Positions 36,627-45,363 of a DNA stretch of 64,000 nucleotides are shown piece by piece. The stretch covers positions 22,378 to 86,377 of the forward strand of contig JAIPBS010000013.1 in NCBI GenBank assembly GCA_021738625.1, written 5' to 3'. The DNA comes from Bacteroidales bacterium. Lineage in GTDB: Bacteria > Bacteroidota > Bacteroidia > Bacteroidales > JAIOZK01. The position numbers were made by a program, and so were the translations under genes. A model generated the notes under the pieces. The model saw only the letters and a list, made by a program, of their open reading frames with translations. It was not told where the DNA came from and searched no databases. The number at the start of each line of letters is the position of its first letter. The first letter of the stretch is position 1.

Positions 36627-38153
36627 ATGGATGAAGTCAATAGAAGTGAATCTGCCAACAGCCGCAGGAAACGTAAATCAACTATAAATCAGGTTTTTAG
36701 TGAACATGGGAAAGTGCCTCCCCAGGCCGTCGACCTGGAAGAAGCAGTGCTCGGCGCCATCATGCTTGAGAAAGACGCCCTTACTACTGTGATCGATATA
36801 TTGAAACCGGATGTATTTTATAAAGATGCACATCAGATCATATTCTCTGCCATCACACGTTTGTTTTCCAAATCCGAACCTGTGGATATTCTAACCGTTA
36901 CGGATGAACTCAAAAACACGGGCGAACTCGAAATCGCAGGCGGTCCGTATTATATTACCCAACTTACCAACCGCGTGGCATCTTCAGCCAATGTGGAATA
37001 TCATGTGAGGATCATTTCCCAGAAGTTCATTCAGCGTGAGTTGATTCGAATCAGCTCGGACATCATAAAAGATGCTTACGAAGAAACAACGGACGTATTT
37101 GATTTGCTCGACAAAGCCGAGCAGGGTTTGTTTTCAGTAAGTGAAACCAATCTCCGAAGAAATTATGACGATATGCAGTCGATGGTTAAAGAAGCCCTGC
37201 GCGAGATAGAAATTGCCAGAGATTCCGAAACCCATCTGCGTGGAGTGCCATCCGGCTTCACCGAACTGGACAGGGTTACGGCAGGCTGGCAAAAGTCCGA
37301 CCTGGTCATTATCGCCTCCAGACCGGGCATGGGTAAAACCGCTTTTACGCTCTCGATGGCAAGAAACATCGCAGTGGATTTCAAGCGGCCGGTTGCCATA
37401 TTTTCACTTGAGATGTCCTCAATTCAGCTGGTTACCCGGCTGATCTCAAGCGAAACTCAGCTTTCTTCCGATAAGCTAAAAAAAGGCAGCCTTGAGAACT
37501 ATGAATGGGAACAACTGAATGCCAAGATCAATAGCCTGGTTGACGCCAGGATATTCATTGACGACACCCCCGCACTGACCATATTTGAATTGCGCGCCAA
37601 ATGCCGCAGGTTAAAAGCCCAGCACGAAGTCGAGATCATCTTTGTGGATTATCTTCAGCTGATGTCGGGTACAGCCGAAACCAAAGGAAACCGAGAGCAG
37701 GAGATCAGCAGCATTTCACGTTCGCTGAAAAGCCTGGCCAAAGAACTGGATGTGCCCATCATTGCATTGTCGCAGCTAAGCCGTGCCGTTGAAACGAGGG
37801 GCGGCTCAAAGAAACCCATCCTAAGTGACCTTAGGGAATCGGGCGCCATCGAGCAGGATGCCGACCTGGTTATCTTTCTGTACCGCCCCGAATATTACAA
37901 GATTGAAGAAGACGAAGAGGGCAACATTACCAAGGGAACAGCAGAAGTGCTGATTGCCAAGCATCGCAATGGACCGCTGAAGGATATCCGGCTGAAATTC
38001 ATCGACCGCTTTGCACGTTTTGAAGACCTCGAAGCCGGCGATAACGAGTTCGATGGCTCGGTTTCCGATTATGATTATCCCAATGGTCAGAACTTCAAAA
38101 CCATACCCTCGAAGATGAATGATATGGACGACGACGATCAACCCCCCTTCTGA
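36627..38153 (+). CDS. dnaB: Replicative DNA helicase DnaB
   Basis: PPQAVDLEEAVLG, ASRPGMGKT, FSLEM, VDYLQLM and DLRESGAIEQDAD motifs; no intein. Confidence 0.97.
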   Translation: MDEVNRSESANSRRKRKSTINQVFSEHGKVPPQAVDLEEAVLGAIMLEKDALTTVIDILKPDVFYKDAHQIIFSAITRLFSKSEPVDILTVTDELKNTGELEIAGGPYYITQLTNRVASSANVEYHVRIISQKFIQRELIRISSDIIKDAYEETTDVFDLLDKAEQGLFSVSETNLRRNYDDMQSMVKEALREIEIARDSETHLRGVPSGFTELDRVTAGWQKSDLVIIASRPGMGKTAFTLSMARNIAVDFKRPVAIFSLEMSSIQLVTRLISSETQLSSDKLKKGSLENYEWEQLNAKINSLVDARIFIDDTPALTIFELRAKCRRLKAQHEVEIIFVDYLQLMSGTAETKGNREQEISSISRSLKSLAKELDVPIIALSQLSRAVETRGGSKKPILSDLRESGAIEQDADLVIFLYRPEYYKIEEDEEGNITKGTAEVLIAKHRNGPLKDIRLKFIDRFARFEDLEAGDNEFDGSVSDYDYPNGQNFKTIPSKMNDMDDDDQPPF

Positions 38154-38165
38154 TGATGCCCGATT

Positions 38166-39083
38166 ATGAGCTGGCAATCATACATCAACGGTTTTAGGTC
38201 TTTTCTGAAGCTCGAAAAATCCTTATCGGAGAATTCCGTTCAGGCTTATTTGCACGATGTGCATATGCTTGTCGATTACCTGAAGGAAGAAGGATTGGAG
38301 ATCGGGCCGCAAAAAATCAGGCTTTCTCATCTACAGGATTTCATCAAAAAGATCAATGAGATCGGATTGAACCCCAACAGCCAGGCACGTATCATTTCGG
38401 GGCTCAAGGCATTTTATAAGTATTTATTGCTTGAAGACATCATTGAAGCAGACCCGACAGAATTGATTGACGCCCCGAAAACTGGTCGTAAACTCCCGGA
38501 TACCTTAAGCACCAGTGAAATCGATGCAATCATAGCAACCATCGATCGTAGCACCCCTGAAGGTGAACGAAATGTAGCTATGCTCGAAACTCTATATAGT
38601 TGCGGCTTGCGTGTGTCCGAACTCACCGGTCTTAAAATTTCCGACCTCTATTTTACAGAGGGGTTTTTACGGATCATCGGAAAGGGAAACAAAGAAAGGT
38701 TGGTTCCCCTGGGAAAGCTTGCTGCCGATCGCATCAGGATATATATGGAACAGATCAGGGTTCATATTAAGGTGCGGAAAGAGGATGAGGATATTTTGTT
38801 CCTTAATAAGCGCGGGGGAAAGCTAAGCCGGGTTATGGTATTTCTGATCATTAAAAATGCGGCCGAAAAAGCAGGCATCCGAAAAACCATCAGTCCCCAT
38901 ACATTCAGGCATTCATTCGCAACCCATCTGATTGAAAACGGGGCCGACTTGCGGGCAGTACAGGAAATGCTCGGTCACATTTCAATCACCACGACCGAGA
39001 TTTATACCCATTTGGAAAGATCATATCTTAGAAAAGCCATTGATAAATACCATCCGAGATACGGAAAGCCTAAAAAACAATAA
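38166..39083 (+). CDS. xerD: Site-specific tyrosine recombinase XerD
   Basis: LYSCGLRVSEL, GKGNKERLVP, SPHTFRHSFATHL and LGH...TTEIYTH motifs. Confidence 0.9.
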   Translation: MSWQSYINGFRSFLKLEKSLSENSVQAYLHDVHMLVDYLKEEGLEIGPQKIRLSHLQDFIKKINEIGLNPNSQARIISGLKAFYKYLLLEDIIEADPTELIDAPKTGRKLPDTLSTSEIDAIIATIDRSTPEGERNVAMLETLYSCGLRVSELTGLKISDLYFTEGFLRIIGKGNKERLVPLGKLAADRIRIYMEQIRVHIKVRKEDEDILFLNKRGGKLSRVMVFLIIKNAAEKAGIRKTISPHTFRHSFATHLIENGADLRAVQEMLGHISITTTEIYTHLERSYLRKAIDKYHPRYGKPKKQ

Positions 39084-39124
39084 CGGCAAATGGAAAGTTG
39101 ATTTGTTCAGACCGAATGCAATAG

Positions 39125-39583
39125 TTAGAATTCTTCGATTTCTCCTTTATCATTTACAAGGACGCCCCAGTTTACAGCAACGAGTTCTCCATCTTCAAAG
39201 AAAAAGTCGATCATGCCATCCTCGAAGGAAACACGTTTTTCGCCATTTTCTTCCATTTCCTTTTCAAGTTCTTTGAATCCTTTCTCTTTCATGAGCGAAA
39301 TAATCTCGTCCTCTTTCATCTCAAATACCTTTTTGCCGTAAAGCGTTGCATCCGGATCGTCAACTTCAAAACAGGAAAGAACAGACTTTTCAACACCCTC
39401 GAAAAATGCCGAAATACCTTTTTCCCAGTAATTCAGGATCACGGTATTAAACTCGTCCTCGTCCTCGATATTTTCCATTTCTTCCGCTTCTCCGAGTATA
39501 GAGGTCAGTTTTTCCGAGCTATCTCCAAATTCGAGTTCACCAAGTCCTTCCTTAGGTTTTATCTCCATTGTTAATTTTTTCAT
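39125..39583 (-). CDS. Acidic hypothetical protein
   Basis: 152-aa ORF co-oriented with the upstream SDR gene; no recognisable motif. Confidence 0.7.
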   Translation of the reverse strand: MKKLTMEIKPKEGLGELEFGDSSEKLTSILGEAEEMENIEDEDEFNTVILNYWEKGISAFFEGVEKSVLSCFEVDDPDATLYGKKVFEMKEDEIISLMKEKGFKELEKEMEENGEKRVSFEDGMIDFFFEDGELVAVNWGVLVNDKGEIEEF

Positions 39584-39601
39584 AGTGATTTAATGTTTAT
39601 T

Positions 39602-40408
39602 TTATTTAAAAGGTGAATCGGGTTCTTTTGCCATGTGATTGTAAACCATTTTATCAAGCATGCCGGGGAAAAATTTGTTCAGCAAAACAGTGGTTTTCCC
39701 CTGAGTTGTTAAAGTTAAGCTTCTTTTTCTTTTTTTCACTGCTTTCCTGATGTATTTTGCAACTTCTTCGGCGCTCATCATTTTGTCCTCATCTCTGGGC
39801 GATTCTCCCTGTATCTTGCCTTCTTTGTTGAGGGCTGTGTTGCGGATGTTGGTCGCGGTAAATCCCGGACAGGCAATAAGCACATGCAATCCCTTTTTGA
39901 GGTTTTCGATGCGCAAAGTTTCCAGAAAGCCATGCATGGCAAACTTGGAAGCCGAATAGCCGGTGCGGCCGGGCAGGCCTTTATAGCCGCCAATAGAAGA
40001 CACGCCTACAACAGATCCCTTGCTTTTCAACAAATAAGGCAGGGCGTATTTGGTACAATAAACCGTTCCCCAAAAATTCACATCCATCAATTTTCTGATC
40101 ACATCCAGCTCGCTGTCTTCAAAAAGGGCACGCATGGATATGCCGGCATTGTTGATTAAAACGTCAATTTTCCCAAAGGCTTCAATTGATTTCAGGATTA
40201 AGTTCTTACAGTCGTTTTCGACACTAACGTCTGTTTGCACGGCCAAAACCTGCTTTCCTTTCTTTTTGATTTCCGTACTTAGCTTTTCGAGCTTTTCCAT
40301 ATTTCTTGCAGCCAACACGATCCTGTTGGCTTCGCTTGCATATTCAAGTGCCAGCGCGCGGCCGATCCCTGAAGAAGCGCCTGTTATGACAATTACTTTT
40401 TCTTGCAT
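39602..40408 (-). CDS. Short-chain dehydrogenase/reductase
   Basis: TGASSGIG, NNAG and YSASK motifs. Confidence 0.93.
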   Translation of the reverse strand: MQEKVIVITGASSGIGRALALEYASEANRIVLAARNMEKLEKLSTEIKKKGKQVLAVQTDVSVENDCKNLILKSIEAFGKIDVLINNAGISMRALFEDSELDVIRKLMDVNFWGTVYCTKYALPYLLKSKGSVVGVSSIGGYKGLPGRTGYSASKFAMHGFLETLRIENLKKGLHVLIACPGFTATNIRNTALNKEGKIQGESPRDEDKMMSAEEVAKYIRKAVKKRKRSLTLTTQGKTTVLLNKFFPGMLDKMVYNHMAKEPDSPFK

Positions 40409-40513
40409 AATACTCCCTTGCCTGCAAGTATAAATGAATTTTATTTATCAGGCCAAATATTTTTTCAACAATTTTTATGCTACGAATTGATAACTTTGTA
40501 TTTCATTACACCT

Positions 40514-41707
40514 ATGTTGAACAGCAGGGACATATTTTACAGGCATATGGGCCTCCCCTCCTCCGAACCTCTTGGTATTGAGATTGTAGAGGCTAATGGC
40601 ATTTATCTGACGGATGCCACGGGTAAAAATTATATCGATGCAGTATCAGGTGTTGCTGTTAGCAACCTGGGGCATAACCATCCTGCAATAGTGGAAGCGA
40701 TACGGGAACAAGCCGGAAAGTTTACCCATTTGATGGTTTATGGCGAATTGATCCAGTCTCCCCAAACCCTGTTTGCTGAAATGCTGTTAAGTAAGCTCCC
40801 GGAAGAATTAGACCGGGTTTATTTTGTGAACTCGGGAAGCGAAGCCATTGAAGGCGCCATGAAACTGAGCAAACGTTATACCGGCCGGACCAGGATCGTG
40901 TCTTTCAAAAATGCTTATCACGGCGGAACACAGGGCGCTTTGAGCATACTCGGGAATGAAGAAATGAAATATGCTTTCCGACCCTTATTGCCTGAAATTT
41001 ACCAGATTGATTTCAATGCCTTTGATCAATTGGACATAATAGATGAGCAAATCGCATGTGTGATTATTGAACCCATTCAGGCAGAAGCAGGCATTATACT
41101 TCCTGAAAAAGGATATTTAAAAGAACTCAGGAAAAAGTGTGATGAAACGGGTGCTTTGCTTGTTTTTGATGAAATCCAAATGGGAATGGGACGCAGCGGG
41201 AAACTATTTGCTTTTGAAGATGAAGCGGTTGTTCCGGATATACTTTGCCTGGCAAAAGCTTTAGGCGGCGGGCTTCCGCTGGGAGCATTTATCGCTTCGA
41301 GTGAGATCATGTCTGCATTAACCCACAAACCAGCCCTGGGCCACATCACCACCTTCGGGGGGCATCCCCTGTCCTGTGCAGCCGGCCTGGCCGCCTTGAA
41401 AGTTATTTATAATGAAGACCTGATAAAACAAGCTGATTTACGGGGAAGCGAGATCGCCGAAAAACTTAAAAAACATGAGCTGATCAATTCGATCAGAAGA
41501 CAGGGCCTGATGCTGGGGGTCGAATTGAAAAAAGGAATTGATCTCAGCATGCTCATGAAGCTGTTTGTAAAAAACGGTCTGCTCATCGACAGGTTTTTAT
41601 TCAGCCATTCGGCTTTTCGAATTGCACCTCCTCTTGTTATCAACAAGCAGGAAACATACGAGCTATGTGAGCGCGTGATAAAGTCACTGAACATGTTGAA
41701 CCGCTAA
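40514..41707 (+). CDS. Class III PLP aminotransferase (ArgD-like)
   Basis: NSGSEAIEGA, YHG, EPIQAEAG, FDEIQMGMGRSG, LAKALGGG and TFGGHP motifs. Start at MLNSRD. Confidence 0.9.
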   Translation: MLNSRDIFYRHMGLPSSEPLGIEIVEANGIYLTDATGKNYIDAVSGVAVSNLGHNHPAIVEAIREQAGKFTHLMVYGELIQSPQTLFAEMLLSKLPEELDRVYFVNSGSEAIEGAMKLSKRYTGRTRIVSFKNAYHGGTQGALSILGNEEMKYAFRPLLPEIYQIDFNAFDQLDIIDEQIACVIIEPIQAEAGIILPEKGYLKELRKKCDETGALLVFDEIQMGMGRSGKLFAFEDEAVVPDILCLAKALGGGLPLGAFIASSEIMSALTHKPALGHITTFGGHPLSCAAGLAALKVIYNEDLIKQADLRGSEIAEKLKKHELINSIRRQGLMLGVELKKGIDLSMLMKLFVKNGLLIDRFLFSHSAFRIAPPLVINKQETYELCERVIKSLNMLNR

Positions 41708-41718
41708 AAACCTTTCAT

Positions 41719-42297
41719 ATGGATTTCTTCAGAAAAATACTCGGTAGTTTTCTTTTGGTAGAAGGCATTTCCATCATAGTCATCTGGGGATTGCTGATCT
41801 TTTCCGGTGAGTTGCAACAAGCCGGGCAGCAACTCTTCAGTTTTGTCTTGCACTGGCTGTCCGAGTTATTGCTTGCAGCACTCGGAATCTATACCGGAAT
41901 CAATCTGCTCAGAAACAAGCAGCGGGTTTTACGGATCGCATTCTTTGTTTTGGGATTGTCGATATGTTCCACCTACCTGGCAAGCGGATATTATCTTTTC
42001 AAGGCTCCTGACTATGCCATGGCCGGAGTGATTGGTTTTTTCTTCGGTTTGTCCCTTTTGTTTGCCCTGCTGTCGTTCAGATATATTAAAGTTCAGCAGC
42101 CAATCAGGTCCTTCGAATACAAATTTGGCTTGCTGGGACTTGGCCTGGCTGTATATCTCCTGATCAACCTTTGCGGCAAATACGGGCAAAACGGAGAATG
42201 GCTTGTTTTTGTATTGATGCTGTTCTTGTTATTGTCGGCTTGTTTTTTCACATATATTTTTTCTTTTAAAAGAACTTTCAGGATCAGATCGTCCTGA
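41719..42297 (+). CDS. Hypothetical integral membrane protein (~6 TM)
   Basis: Alternating hydrophobic helices. Confidence 0.7.
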   Translation: MDFFRKILGSFLLVEGISIIVIWGLLIFSGELQQAGQQLFSFVLHWLSELLLAALGIYTGINLLRNKQRVLRIAFFVLGLSICSTYLASGYYLFKAPDYAMAGVIGFFFGLSLLFALLSFRYIKVQQPIRSFEYKFGLLGLGLAVYLLINLCGKYGQNGEWLVFVLMLFLLLSACFFTYIFSFKRTFRIRSS

Positions 42298-42309
42298 TTC
42301 ACAATTTAT

Positions 42310-42408
42310 ACTGAATCTTATTAAAAATGCAAATCATTTTTCTGTTAGATTCAGTTATACCGATAGAATAGAAGGTCAATCATTGCAATCCTGTTCCGGA
42401 TCGGCATA
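42310..42408. repeat. Dispersed twin-hairpin repeat, copy 3
   Basis: Aligns with copies 1 and 2. Confidence 0.9.
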
Positions 42409-42508
42409 CCCCCGTAATATATATAGTATCCTTCAATTTATACGCCTTCTAAATTAATGCATAAGCTGCTAATTTAGACAAGCATTCTAATTTGGGAACG
42501 GGTAAATT

Positions 42509-42526
42509 TTGTTAATTTCGTAACAT
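42509..42526. promoter_or_regulatory. Putative Rex operator at the 2-oxoacid:ferredoxin oxidoreductase promoter
   Basis: TTGTTAA-TTTC-GTAACAT overlapping a TAATTTCG -7-like element. Confidence 0.55.
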
Positions 42527-42568
42527 TAATTTAACGGACTTATATATAATCAAATGAAAATGTGAGCT

Positions 42569-42799
42569 ATGGCAAAAGTAAAAGGAGCAATCGTTATTGA
42601 TGTTGATAAATGTAAAGGCTGCGAGGTTTGCGTTGAAGCCTGTCCGACGGATGTGATTGGCATGGCGGATGAAGTAAATATCAAGGGCTATCATTTCGCA
42701 GAAGTAAAAAATCCTGAAGATTGCATTGGATGTGCAAACTGTGCGATTGTGTGCCCCGACGGCGTGATCACGGTTTACAGAAAAAAGGTTAAAGCATAG
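42569..42799 (+). CDS. 2x[4Fe-4S] ferredoxin, delta subunit of 2-oxoacid:ferredoxin oxidoreductase
   Basis: CKGCEVCVEACP and CIGCANCAIVCP motifs. Confidence 0.93.
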   Translation: MAKVKGAIVIDVDKCKGCEVCVEACPTDVIGMADEVNIKGYHFAEVKNPEDCIGCANCAIVCPDGVITVYRKKVKA

Positions 42800-42820
42800 A
42801 ATCATAAAAAAATACAGATA

Positions 42821-43900
42821 ATGGGTGAATTAAGATTAATGAAAGGCAATGAAGCGATTGGCGAAGCGGCCATACGCGCGGGTGTGGACGCCTATTTCGG
42901 CTACCCGATCACCCCGCAATCGGAGGTGATCGAATATCTTACCGCTGAAAAACCCGAAGAACGCACGGGTATGGTCGTTTTACAAGCGGAGAGTGAGATC
43001 GCAGCCATCAATATGGTATATGGCGCTGCCGGATCAGGGAAGAAGGTCATGACCTCTTCTTCCAGCCCCGGTATTAGCCTCAAGATGGAAGGTATTTCTT
43101 ATATGGCGGGAGCGGAGCTTCCCTGTGTTGTTTTGAACGTAGTACGCGGAGGCCCAGGCCTGGGAACCATACAGCCTTCACAGGCGGATTACTTTCAGGC
43201 AGTGAAAGGCGGAGGCCATGGTGATTACAAGATGATCGTGCTGGCGCCTGCCTCGGTGCAGGAAATGGCTGATTTTGTTCAAACCGGATTTGATCTGGCC
43301 TTTAAATACAAAACACCTGTAATGCTTCTTTCCGATGGCGTGATCGGGCAGATGATGGAAAAAGTGGAGTTAAACGATGCCGTCCCACGCTGGACCGAAG
43401 AGGAGATCGTAGAAAAGAGCTCCTGGGCCACAACGGGAAAGAAAGGAAGGGAGCGAAACATCATTACTTCTCTCGACCTGGACCCCTCAAGTCAGGAAAA
43501 ACACAATCAAAAACTTCAGGCCAAATACAGGGAGATCATTGAAAAGGAAGTACGCTTCGAAGAATTTCAGTGCGACGACGCAGAATATCTTTTCATCGCA
43601 TACGGATCCAGTTCCCGAATTGCACAGAAAGCCGTTAAGATCGCATGCGAAAGAGGACATAAGGTTGGCTTACTCAGGCCGATTACATTGTTCCCATTCC
43701 CCGAAAAGAAAATTCAGCAGATGATCGCGCAGCTTAAAGGCATACTCACACTTGAACTGAGTGCAGGACAAATGATTGAAGACGTACGTCTGGCAGTTGA
43801 AGGGAAAATACCTGTTAAACACTACGGCCGTATGGGAGGAATTATTTTTACGCCTGCTGAGATCGTTGAAGCACTTGAACAAAAAATTATCGGAGGTTAG
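42821..43900 (+). CDS. vorB: 2-oxoacid:ferredoxin oxidoreductase alpha subunit (VorB-type)
   Basis: MKGNEA, YFGYPITPQSE, QAESEIAA, TSSSSPG and RGGPGLG motifs. Confidence 0.9.
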   Translation: MGELRLMKGNEAIGEAAIRAGVDAYFGYPITPQSEVIEYLTAEKPEERTGMVVLQAESEIAAINMVYGAAGSGKKVMTSSSSPGISLKMEGISYMAGAELPCVVLNVVRGGPGLGTIQPSQADYFQAVKGGGHGDYKMIVLAPASVQEMADFVQTGFDLAFKYKTPVMLLSDGVIGQMMEKVELNDAVPRWTEEEIVEKSSWATTGKKGRERNIITSLDLDPSSQEKHNQKLQAKYREIIEKEVRFEEFQCDDAEYLFIAYGSSSRIAQKAVKIACERGHKVGLLRPITLFPFPEKKIQQMIAQLKGILTLELSAGQMIEDVRLAVEGKIPVKHYGRMGGIIFTPAEIVEALEQKIIGG

Positions 43901-43901
43901 C

Positions 43902-44702
43902 ATGAAAGAAGAAAATATAACTACTACAGATATTATATCCGACGAAAACCTGGTCTATAAGAAAACAGACTTGATGACGGATAAAACGCTTAGCTATTGT
44001 CCGGGTTGCGGTCATGGCACCGCGCACCGTATCATCATGGAGGTGGTTGAGGAAATGGACATGACCGAAGACACCATCGGAATTGCACCGGTTGGATGTT
44101 CGGTACTTGCTTACGAATTTATGAACATCGACATGCAGCAGGCCGCTCATGGACGAGCTCCCGCACTTGCCACGGGCATCAAAAGAACCTGGCCCGACAA
44201 AATGATTTTTACCTACCAGGGCGACGGCGACCTGGCTGCCATTGGAACCGCTGAAACCATTCATGCCTGTAATCGCGGCGAAAACTTTTTGATCGTGTTT
44301 ATCAACAACGGCATTTATGGTATGACCGGCGGGCAAATGGCTCCCACTACCCTGCCCGGTATGAAATCAAGCACTTCCCCCTACGGACGTGATGTGAAAC
44401 TGATGGGCAACCCGCTCAAAATAACGGAACTGGTTGCCGAATTGCCCGGCACCTATTATGTGACAAGGCAGGCAGTGCATACACCGGCCAACGTGAGAAA
44501 AACAAAGAGAGCCATCAAAACCGCTTTTAAAAACCAAATGGAAAACAAAGGCGGCCTGAATTTCGTGGAAATCGTTTCCAATTGCAACTCAGGTTGGAAA
44601 ATGTCGCCGGTTGACGCCAACAACTGGATGGTGGAAAACATGTTCCCATTTTATCCTTTGGGCGACATCAAGTTGGATGGTGAAAAAGTCAATAAAGAAT
44701 AA
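43902..44702 (+). CDS. 2-oxoacid:ferredoxin oxidoreductase beta (TPP-binding) subunit
   Basis: YCPGCGH, PVGCS, AHGRAPA, YQGDGD and NNGIYGMTGGQ motifs. Start at MKEEN after the alpha stop. Confidence 0.92.
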   Translation: MKEENITTTDIISDENLVYKKTDLMTDKTLSYCPGCGHGTAHRIIMEVVEEMDMTEDTIGIAPVGCSVLAYEFMNIDMQQAAHGRAPALATGIKRTWPDKMIFTYQGDGDLAAIGTAETIHACNRGENFLIVFINNGIYGMTGGQMAPTTLPGMKSSTSPYGRDVKLMGNPLKITELVAELPGTYYVTRQAVHTPANVRKTKRAIKTAFKNQMENKGGLNFVEIVSNCNSGWKMSPVDANNWMVENMFPFYPLGDIKLDGEKVNKE

Positions 44703-44725
44703 TAACGGTAAAATCCAGAACAGAT

Positions 44726-45280
44726 ATGACTGAAGAAATTATTATTGCAGGATTTGGCGGACAGGGTGTTCTTTCTATGGGTAAGATACTTTCCTATTCA
44801 GGGATCATGCAGGGACAGGAAGTTTCCTGGATGCCTTCATACGGCCCTGAGATGCGTGGTGGCACGGCCAATGTTACGGTGATTGTCAGCGATGAAAGGG
44901 TTAGTTCACCCATCCTGAACGAGTTCGATACCGCCATCATCCTCAACCAGCAATCGATGGATAAGTTTGAGAGCGCCGTAAAACCGGGCGGCTTTCTGCT
45001 TTATGATCCAAACGGCATCAGCCGTCATCCCGAAAGAAAAGACATCAATATATTCAGGATCACCGGCGCCAAACTGGCTTCCCAGATGGGAAACACCAAG
45101 GTGTTTAATATGGTGGTGCTGGGTGCCTATTTAAAAATGCGCCCCATCCTCGAATACGATAAAGTGGTGGAAGGCCTTAAAAAATCGCTTCCCGAAAGGT
45201 ATCACAAACTGATCCCTTTAAATGAGGAAGCCATTAAAAAAGGCCTCGACAATCTTGAAGAAGTACACAAGTTGAATTAG
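44726..45280 (+). CDS. 2-oxoacid:ferredoxin oxidoreductase gamma subunit
   Basis: AGFGGQGV, PSYGPEMRGG and NMVVLGA motifs. Confidence 0.92.
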   Translation: MTEEIIIAGFGGQGVLSMGKILSYSGIMQGQEVSWMPSYGPEMRGGTANVTVIVSDERVSSPILNEFDTAIILNQQSMDKFESAVKPGGFLLYDPNGISRHPERKDINIFRITGAKLASQMGNTKVFNMVVLGAYLKMRPILEYDKVVEGLKKSLPERYHKLIPLNEEAIKKGLDNLEEVHKLN

Positions 45281-45300
45281 TCCCAATATTCAGGCAGAAG

Positions 45301-45341
45301 AAAAACCCGCCCGATTTCGAAAGCCAGGGCGGGTTTTTTTT
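45301..45341. terminator. Bidirectional intrinsic terminator between convergent operons
   Basis: AAAAACCCGCCC...GGGCGGGTTTTTTTT. Confidence 0.85.
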
Positions 45342-45363
45342 ATTGCATCAAACGGGAATTTGA

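Noticed and set aside
38166-39083. Integrase of a prophage or genomic island
   Set aside because: Size, motifs and position directly after dnaB fit housekeeping XerD; no att repeats or cargo genes.
15640-42408. CRISPR array interpretation of the repeated ~100-bp unit, with the Cas4-like gene nearby
   Set aside because: Copies are kilobases apart with no repeat-spacer periodicity, and there are no cas1/cas2 genes.
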